Source: Savitreella phatthalungensis (taxonomy: Eukaryota). Taken from it: a DNA stretch of 64,000 bases. Positions 56,828 through 64,000 of this stretch are shown piece by piece. The translations under genes and the position numbers were made by a program. Position 1 is the first letter of the stretch. The number at the start of each line of letters is the position of its first letter. The stretch is taken from the NCBI GenBank assembly GCA_051599415.1, contig AP039694.1, positions 558,001 through 622,000 of the forward strand, read 5' to 3'. The notes beneath the pieces are model-generated. The model was given only the letters and a program-made list of their open reading frames with translations, made no database searches and was not told the DNA's origin.

Positions 56828-57784
56828 ATGTCAAGATCAGAGAGGCAGCAAGCACGGCTCCGCGGCCGAGGACAGATATTCTTGAGCCACAACTCACCGA
56901 CATTTACGCTACAGCGCAGCGAGCGCAGGCAGCAAGCTTCACTCGACGCGGTTGTTGCAGACTACCAGGACGCCAGGAGCCCGCTGCAAGACAGATGTCC
57001 AAACCACTGCGCGGCCAGCACGTCCGTTCACGCTGTCGACTTCGACCACAATTTTGCAACACCTAATGCTTGGACGAAGGGGTCGCGAGTTCGGAGGAAA
57101 AACCTTAACATCTCCAAGGAATGTTCAAAAGCCACGCAGACCGGGCATACTCCATTCCAACAGGCTGAGTCAGGTATGAATCATGCTCTAGATGATAGTT
57201 CTGTCTCGACCTTCAGCGAGTCTGTGCATGGCAACAATTTGGCACCGAATGAGGCTTGCGAACGGCCGCGATTGCTCGACAATGCTGACACTCTAACACC
57301 TGTCCGCTTCCCCGTTGTACAAGGGAAAGCTTGCGCGCGCGGCAATCGGAAATTGACACGTCTTGAACGAGAATTAGGGAGAGGTTATACCCGCTTCATT
57401 GTCGACGCCCCAAATTTCGCTACTCCAGCTCCAGTGAAACCAGAAAATGAGGGCACATGCCACGGCGGCAGATCTGAGTTGACCCCTGTGCGACATGGCA
57501 TCACCATAACGAGACGGACTCAGCCAGTGAATGCGCGAGTAAGGTACCACGAGTCTGGCCGTGCGGGCGCCAGGTTGAAGACGCTCCCGAGGTTAGGGGG
57601 CCGAACAAGTGATCGGCCAGTCTTGACAGATGAGCAGGCAGCTCAGGTGATCGCTCGGAGGAGGGCGGGAGCAAATTGGGCGGCTGCGGCTCGCGTCGTC
57701 GGAATGCCATGGCAGAGCGTCAGGGCGCAGCTCCAAAGAATAGATGAACAGTCACTGCTGTCACTCATCGCGAAGTACGTATGA
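56828..57784 (+). CDS. Hypothetical protein with a C-terminal HTH/Myb-like segment
   Basis: 318-codon ORF; C-terminus LTDEQAAQVIARRRAGANWAAAARVVGMPWQSVRAQL. Confidence 0.55.
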   Translation: MSRSERQQARLRGRGQIFLSHNSPTFTLQRSERRQQASLDAVVADYQDARSPLQDRCPNHCAASTSVHAVDFDHNFATPNAWTKGSRVRRKNLNISKECSKATQTGHTPFQQAESGMNHALDDSSVSTFSESVHGNNLAPNEACERPRLLDNADTLTPVRFPVVQGKACARGNRKLTRLERELGRGYTRFIVDAPNFATPAPVKPENEGTCHGGRSELTPVRHGITITRRTQPVNARVRYHESGRAGARLKTLPRLGGRTSDRPVLTDEQAAQVIARRRAGANWAAAARVVGMPWQSVRAQLQRIDEQSLLSLIAKYV

Positions 57785-57878
57785 CAAGATCGAGGGAATG
57801 CTATCGTGGTACATATCTATACGCGTGAAATAATGTTGTCGTCGTGTCATGGCATACATAGGTGATCCAGGTCTGCAC

Positions 57879-58955
57879 TCATTGCGCGCTCTTTGAGTCT
57901 CTATCGTCAGGTCCCCGTCGAGGTCCGATGAGTCGCAAAACGTTCTCGTAAATGACGAACATGATGGAGGACTGCGCTCCCGTCCAAGCTGTACGTGGGC
58001 CTATCCCACGGAAAAGGCCCATCACACCCTCGCGACGATGAATCTGACGCAGCCCTTCGATCACTGAGTCGGTGGACAAGTGTAACTGCTGCGTTGCGAC
58101 AAACGCGATAGGTGCAGAAGTAGATATCAGTCTCGTGTGCGCTGGCAGTGGGCTGACGTTTTTCCGCATCGATCTCGAGAGCACATCGTTTGAAGGGCCG
58201 GCCACTGGCGAGTAGATTGTGCTCGATGTGGTCTGCTGTGTCTGTATCCGGGTCTTGACCACATCTAAGGGGGTGGTGATGGCACCGCCGAGAGCGCCAG
58301 CCGCTGAGCCGGTCAGGATCTCTGCATCAAGACCCATGTCATGCGAGTCGCGAATGCGCCGAGCCCATACCTTGAATCGCTCGTAGAAAGCAAAGGTAAG
58401 CGCGCTATAGGGTAAATCTCGAACGATAGTCGCCTTGTAGCCATGGAACAATGCGCTTGCACCCTCTCGTCGATATATCGTCCTGACCGCATCGATTGTT
58501 CCTCGGTAATTGTAGCCAGACTGAAAATGTGCGTTGTCATATTTGCCCTGCAGTTGAAGACGAGTCTTCAGCACCTCGCTCGGCACATAGATTACGCTGG
58601 CTAGCAGGTCGCCAAGCAAGCCGGATGTAAGATGAGTCAGAGTCTCTGGGAGCCCGAGAGCAATCAAGTTGCGTTTCGAGCACTCATACGTTGCAAAAAA
58701 GATTGCTGTCCCAGGCAACGAGCCAAGCATGGCTGGCGTAACGCCTCCGTACAGACCGCGCAGAACTCCTTCTTCTCGTAAAATCGTACGGTACGCACTA
58801 CCCATGTGAAAGTATTTCGACACGCCAGGCGCGCCTTGCTGCCTGGTCTTGACGGTGTCGAGCGAGTGCATGAGCAGATCGCCAACGGAGCCGCCCAATG
58901 TGCCAGCCGCAATGACATGGCTGTAAGGAGGATCATTCGGCTCGTGATCCGTCAT
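57879..58955 (-). CDS. Mitochondrial carrier protein (MME1/YMR166C-like)
   Basis: Three carrier signatures: HSLDTVKTRQQ, VPSEVLKTRLQ, TPLDVVKTRIQ. Confidence 0.9.
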   Translation of the reverse strand: MTDHEPNDPPYSHVIAAGTLGGSVGDLLMHSLDTVKTRQQGAPGVSKYFHMGSAYRTILREEGVLRGLYGGVTPAMLGSLPGTAIFFATYECSKRNLIALGLPETLTHLTSGLLGDLLASVIYVPSEVLKTRLQLQGKYDNAHFQSGYNYRGTIDAVRTIYRREGASALFHGYKATIVRDLPYSALTFAFYERFKVWARRIRDSHDMGLDAEILTGSAAGALGGAITTPLDVVKTRIQTQQTTSSTIYSPVAGPSNDVLSRSMRKNVSPLPAHTRLISTSAPIAFVATQQLHLSTDSVIEGLRQIHRREGVMGLFRGIGPRTAWTGAQSSIMFVIYENVLRLIGPRRGPDDRDSKSAQ

Positions 58956-59315
58956 CTTGCACAGGGTGACGAGTGGGTTACCGAGCTTCCATATCCATGC
59001 GTCAGCCTAACGCAGCGGATTGATACAATTTCTCGTGATGAAATCCAGCTGCTTTGCTCACAAAGGTTTTCTTCGTCGTCCTTGACACCTGCTTGCATGT
59101 GGGTCAAATTTGTCATTCCAGTGAACGGTAAACTTGTTTGCACGCTCGCCGCTGCATCTGTTCAGAAGGAGCAATCCGCACTCATCGCGATCAAACCGAA
59201 GAACGGCAATCAGCTTCGGCGTCAGACAGCATAAGTTGATTACCAGACAACCCATAGAGCATCTACGGAACTCTCCGAGGCTTAAGATTAGATCTGAGTT
59301 TTGGCTCGGATCAAA

Positions 59316-60047
59316 ATGCTTGTGCTCGGTCTCACTGGAGGCATTGCAACGGGGAAGTCGTCGGTGTCTCTCACTTTCCGGAAGCGTGGTATCCCCGTCG
59401 TAGACGCCGATATCATTGCGAGACAGGTCGTCGAAAAAGGCAAACCCGCGTTTCAAGCGATTGTCGAGGAATTCTCAGGGTCAACGCCCAATCTACTTCT
59501 TCCCGACGGTTCTCTCGACCGGCCCGCTCTCGGAAGACGTGTTTTCGGGGATGATGTTGCACGCAAGAAGCTCAACAAAATTACCCATCCCGCGGTGCAA
59601 CGCGCTATGATGTGGGAGTTGCTAATACATTGGATGAAGGGGCATCGCTTGTGCGTGCTCGATGTCCCGCTACTGTTTGAGGGCGGCCTCGATAGAGTCT
59701 GCGGACTTGCTGTCTGCGTGACAACCGGTGAGAAGAAGCAGATGCAGCGCCTCTTGGCACGCGATAGACATCTCAACCGCGAGGAAGCAGAGAAGCGCAT
59801 AATGTCCCAAATGCCAATGACTATCAAAGAAGAGCTGGCAGACGTCGTCATTAATAACGAAGGAAGTCTTGAGCAGCTCGAGCATAAAGTCGATCTACTC
59901 ATCGCCCGCTACCGTCCATCTTGGGCATTGGCTTCTTTAGAGTGGCTTTTACCCCCTGTGGGTCTTGTCATGGCGATTCTCGTATTATTCAGGCGAGAGC
60001 TTGCGCGGCGACGAAAGCACAGCGGCACGACAAAGCCAAAGCTTTAA
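59316..60047 (+). CDS. CAB5: Dephospho-CoA kinase
   Basis: MLVLGLTGGIATGKS P-loop, DADIIAR, LDRPALG, LDVPLLFE, C-terminal TM segment. Confidence 0.95.
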   Translation: MLVLGLTGGIATGKSSVSLTFRKRGIPVVDADIIARQVVEKGKPAFQAIVEEFSGSTPNLLLPDGSLDRPALGRRVFGDDVARKKLNKITHPAVQRAMMWELLIHWMKGHRLCVLDVPLLFEGGLDRVCGLAVCVTTGEKKQMQRLLARDRHLNREEAEKRIMSQMPMTIKEELADVVINNEGSLEQLEHKVDLLIARYRPSWALASLEWLLPPVGLVMAILVLFRRELARRRKHSGTTKPKL

Positions 60048-60106
60048 GACAGAATTTGACGCCGAACTTGACAAGAACCGCGGTCGACTGGACAAGAAAT
60101 GATTCT

Positions 60107-61369
60107 CTACATATTGCCATCCGAGGCTCGTACATTAAAACTCGCAGTCTTACGCACGCCAGAAGATCCCTGCTGCGCTGGACCGGCCGACAGAGAATGA
60201 CGGTGCCGCCGCGCGCCGGCTGCAGACGTGTGCGAGTGAGAGTGGTGATCCGATCGATGCAGCGGTCGATCTTCGTTTTCCTCGTCGCTCTCGGTCAGAT
60301 CTGACAGGGCGAACTCCTCGTCATGGTGACCGTTTCCTCTCTCTGACATCTGGGAGCTGCGGCGCAAGGAGACCGACTGCCGGCGTGTGGCCAACGCAGA
60401 CACACCGTTTTCCATCGGTATGCCATCAAATCCGGCTTTGCCCAGACTAGCGTCCCCTGAGACGCGTGCAGTATTGAGCAAGTAGACTCCAGAGAAGATG
60501 ACGAGGAAACCAGCCAGTAAGGAGATCGTGTTTACAGCATCCGTGGTATTGAAGCCCCGAAAGAGAATGAAAGACGCGCACAAAGTCGCTGTCGTAAACG
60601 TCACGTAGTAGAGCGGATTTACCAATGACGTGTCGAATTGGTCCAGAGCTTTGTTGAAATAGTTCATCTGAGTCAAGATGCAGACGACCACTACCACGAG
60701 GAAGACATATGTTGACGGATGACTGAGCTGATTGTTGCCTGCAAAGGTGAGTTTCAGCGCGATTCCGAATCCTTTGATAGACATGACCGATACTGATCCG
60801 ACAGTTGAGCAGATAGATATGTATACCAAGGGGTTCGATTTGCCATATTGCGGTGCGACGCGATAGATCATCGTGACGGCGAAGACACCAACCGCAAAAC
60901 AATAGAACATGAAGCCAGGCTGCAGCGCAAAAGCAAGAATCTCGTCAACCGTCTCGACGTCTCGATCGGCTGGAGCGTGCAGCACAATGATGACGCTTCC
61001 GAGCAGACAAAGCGCGCAGCCGAGTTTTCCGAGTACCCCGAGCTCTTCCTTCAAGAAAATGGCGGCGAGAACAGCGCCAATCAGGACAGACAATGCTCCT
61101 AACGGCGTCACCAGGATTGCTGGGGCGAAAGTATATGCGGCGAAATTTGCGATCTCGCCGACCGCCATAGTGATCATGCCTGCCCACCAGATGGGATTCT
61201 GAAGGTAACCAAATTGTTGCTCGTTGTCATAACCCCTGCGTTGCGCGTCCATGAGGCCCTTCTTTGTGATGATGAAAGAAGTGCCGATGGCAAGTGACGA
61301 CGAGATGGCGAGACCCAGGCCAATATATTTGCTGTCCAGCCCGGATGGGCCGGTCGGCAGCTCGGCCAT
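60107..61369 (-). CDS. NIPA-family magnesium transporter
   Basis: IGTSFIITKKG, GEIANFAAYTFAPAILVTPLGALSV, QMNYFNKAL, VNPLYYVTFTT. Confidence 0.95.
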   Translation of the reverse strand: MAELPTGPSGLDSKYIGLGLAISSSLAIGTSFIITKKGLMDAQRRGYDNEQQFGYLQNPIWWAGMITMAVGEIANFAAYTFAPAILVTPLGALSVLIGAVLAAIFLKEELGVLGKLGCALCLLGSVIIVLHAPADRDVETVDEILAFALQPGFMFYCFAVGVFAVTMIYRVAPQYGKSNPLVYISICSTVGSVSVMSIKGFGIALKLTFAGNNQLSHPSTYVFLVVVVVCILTQMNYFNKALDQFDTSLVNPLYYVTFTTATLCASFILFRGFNTTDAVNTISLLAGFLVIFSGVYLLNTARVSGDASLGKAGFDGIPMENGVSALATRRQSVSLRRSSQMSERGNGHHDEEFALSDLTESDEENEDRPLHRSDHHSHSHTSAAGARRHRHSLSAGPAQQGSSGVRKTASFNVRASDGNM

Positions 61370-61759
61370 GATTCGTTCTGCTGGATGAAAGTTTGTGTCA
61401 CTGTGTCCTCTTATCCCACTTTCGTACTGATACGCTGAACGTAAGAAAGTCTGGGGGCGATTGTGGGCGCAGTCTTGCGGTTGTCAATGAGTATTCGAAG
61501 CTTACAGCAGCGTGTTGTGCATCTGCAAGCGTCTTTTACCCGGCGCAGGAAATTTGGCGGCAATATTGCAGAACGATGAACTCGTGTCGATTGACAGAAA
61601 TAAAGAGGCAATTGTCTAGCACATGGCGCTCATTGACACTAGCTTTTGCTTACTATGACAACTGCACATATGCACGCGAAGTATTGATGCATGCACAGAG
61701 CATTAACGATCACGCTCCGTCCTGGTCCAGATGCGTCCTTAAACGAGGTTCCGAGCCGG

Positions 61760-62101
61760 TCAGAGCAACGCAGCGCCCGTCGCAATCGCTGCTCCAGAAC
61801 CTCTAAATGCGATCGGATTGTCTACTACCATCCTGACAGGGAAGCGCCATTCCATGAACCGTCCATAAGCGTAAAAAGCTGCCTGCCGACCGAAGTATTT
61901 CCCGGCAAGCGGCAAGAGAATCAAGTTGAGAGCAAGTGAAAGCTCGTGCATTTGCTGTTCCCACTGCTCATCAGCATCACTGCTGCTGGAGCTATACGCA
62001 GTCGGGTCAGCAGCAGATGGGACACCAGCAGATGAAAGGATATCCGAATCGTCGATTTCATCCTGGTGGGATACGACTTTCTCGTTGTGGAACGCAAACA
62101 T
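61760..62101 (-). CDS. MIM2: Mitochondrial import protein Mim2-like module, possibly also expressed from the internal ATG at 62101
   Basis: Acidic SSDADEQWEQQMHELSLALNLILLPLAGKYFGRQAAFYAYGRFMEW matches the recalled Mim2 pattern DA..EW...L.....P..GK.FGR. Confidence 0.7.
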   Translation of the reverse strand: MFAFHNEKVVSHQDEIDDSDILSSAGVPSAADPTAYSSSSSDADEQWEQQMHELSLALNLILLPLAGKYFGRQAAFYAYGRFMEWRFPVRMVVDNPIAFRGSGAAIATGAALL

Positions 62102-62990
62102 CTCCGAGAGCGTCACCGATGCTTCCTGGTCGAAGAGATGATCGATGCCCGGAAGTTCAAGATACTGGTAGTCGGCGCCCGAGGCGGCAAGAGCCTCGGC
62201 TAGCTCGCGACTTTGCTCGACACCAACGGCTTGATCAGCGTCTCCATGTACGAGGAAGACCGGGCAGATGCTTTTGCCTTTGCGCAACTCGGTCGGTACG
62301 CTATACAGTGATTGACTTCCGCGATCGACGCCAAGAAGATTGGCAAGATTTGCCTTATCGAGCATGTAGTAATACATTTTTGAACGCGGATGTTCACGCC
62401 CACTCGACGTCATAATGGCGCTACCGGGGTCGATGAAAGCCTTCAGACTTTCGGCGTCGTAGGAGTCTTTCCCCAACGGCTGTGGTGTGGTGAAAAAGTC
62501 TCCTAGCGGATCCGTAATAGGATAAATGGCTAAACAGGATCGTAGCTTAGAATCTCGCATTGCCGCGAGCAGCGCAAGGTATCCGCCTGCGCTCGAGCCG
62601 GACACGGAAAGCTGTCTCAGGTCCAGGATATCTCGACCTACGAGAGAATCTCCGTGACGTCGGATATGCTCTATCGCATCAAGGCAATCTTCAAGGATAT
62701 CAGGCAATTTGACCTGCGGAGCCAGCCGGTAGTCCACGGAGCAGAGAGCGAACTGTCCTCTGCGAACGCCAGACAGGAGATGTGGCGCAACCCCCTTGCG
62801 AGTGCCCTGAAGCAGGCCACCGCCATCTACACCCGTGTCAGTACGTTTTCACGAGGCGAACATGCTTCAGACAGAACGTACGATACCAGACGATTACCGG
62901 CAATGGTTGATTCGCATGGCTGTCGGGAAGGTGAATGTCATAGCTGATTTTTACCCCGTCCACGATCTTGAAGACCACCTCCAGAAGCAT
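61760..62990 (-). CDS. HSL-family alpha/beta hydrolase continuing in frame into a Mim2-like C-terminal region; intron 62881-62827
   Basis: Exon 1 from ATG 62990. The intron GTACGT..ACTGAC..TAG restores WYHGGG; further motifs DYRLAP, GSSAGG, HGDAD, DHLFD. No stop before 61760. Confidence 0.85.
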
Positions 62991-63252
62991 CCTACTGCTT
63001 GCCCGCCTGCCTGCCTCTTCGAGGAAGAGGATTGACGTTGATTTCAGCTTGCTTTGATGCTACCAGATTCGTCCTGTGCCGCGAAACGGGATCGTATAAG
63101 ATTGATCAAAGATCGTCCACCGACGAGCTAACAAGTCCGAGTTAAATGGGGTAGGACACTGGGGAAATTTGTACTCGCAAACGTTGTCTCGGAGAACGCA
63201 AACGATTGGCCTGTGGGCGAAGACAAGTGGCGAGCTCTATACTGGCAGTCCG

Positions 63253-64000
63253 ATGGAGCGCCTCGATCGCCTCGCAAACGCTCAAAATGCTCTGACGAGG
63301 GATCTCGTGCGTATCATGCGCGAGAAGAAGACAAATCTCTGCCTGGCTCTGGACGTTAGCTCATGCGCAGAGGTGCGGAGGATCCTGCCGCTGGTGGCAG
63401 AGCATATTTGCCTGCTGAAACTTCATATCGATGTATATGCTGACTATGACTCATCCTTCCTCGATTACCTAAGTGAAGCAAAGGCCGAGTACGGGCTCTT
63501 AGTCTTTGAAGACCGAAAGTTCGCGGACATTGGTTCGACCGCGGCCGCTCAATACGAAGGCGGCATCTATAAGATCAGCTCGTGGGCGGATTTGGTGACT
63601 GTGCATGCTATAGCAGGGCCCGGTACCCTCAAAGCTATGGCATCTGTTGCAGGAAAGATCGGTGCCCCTCGAGGTGCACTCCTTCTTGCCGAGATGTCAT
63701 CTGAAGGCAATCTATGCAGCAAAGACTACCAGGATGGCGCGATCACTCAAGCAAAAAGTTACCCGGAATTCGTGACGGGCTTCATATCGCAGCGCAGACA
63801 ACCAAATTTGCCCAGCGAAGCTCTGGTCTTGACACCTGGAGTCAATATGGACATTCAGGGCGATGGTCTGGGCCAACAATTCGCTTCGCCGCGGAATGCA
63901 GTAGAGCGAGGAGCAGACATCATCATCGTCGGCCGCGGTATTTATCAGGCGGAGGACATCTGCTCAGCTGCGCGGAGATACAAAGAAGCTGGTTGGGCTG
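63253..64000 (+). CDS. URA3: Orotidine-5'-phosphate decarboxylase, 3' end just beyond the window
   Basis: KKTNLCLALDV, KLHID, FEDRKFADIG, LLAEMSSEG, TPGV, DIIIVGRGI; absent from the ORF track because there is no stop in the window. Confidence 0.95.
   Translation, partial: MERLDRLANAQNALTRDLVRIMREKKTNLCLALDVSSCAEVRRILPLVAEHICLLKLHIDVYADYDSSFLDYLSEAKAEYGLLVFEDRKFADIGSTAAAQYEGGIYKISSWADLVTVHAIAGPGTLKAMASVAGKIGAPRGALLLAEMSSEGNLCSKDYQDGAITQAKSYPEFVTGFISQRRQPNLPSEALVLTPGVNMDIQGDGLGQQFASPRNAVERGADIIIVGRGIYQAEDICSAARRYKEAGWA

Overview
Gene-dense, intron-poor fungal chromosome segment with short (about 45-130 nt) GT-AG introns carrying CTRAY-like branch sites. The gene content and protein similarities suggest an ascomycete, probably Taphrinomycotina (inference). 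It holds about 35 protein genes, mostly housekeeping: TIF3/eIF4B, CWC25, importin-alpha, RNase H1, POT1, IRS4-like, PFA3, Bud27/URI-like, Ral2/Mds3-like, HUB1, FKBP13, EVE/THYN1, Cdc10/Swi6, GLTP, MYG1, two DnaJ-X proteins, UNG1, a VWA protein, SPO71, RPN2, CET1, a 2-hydroxyacid dehydrogenase, DNA ligase I, an MME1-like carrier, CAB5, NIPA and a partial URA3. There is also one tRNA-Glu(CTC). I saw no transposons or CRISPR. Several spliced genes that the ORF track misses or fragments were reconstructed by hand. The most notable observations are: (1) an HSL-family esterase continuing in frame, with no stop, into a Mim2-like mitochondrial import protein; (2) presequence-like in-frame extensions without an AUG upstream of DNA ligase I and RNase H1, and a dual-AUG MYG1; (3) an identical 13-bp MCB-containing motif in the RNH1/POT1 and DNA ligase promoters; (4) an OMP decarboxylase with Phe at the conserved phosphate-gripper Tyr. 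All family assignments come from recalled motifs, not database searches.
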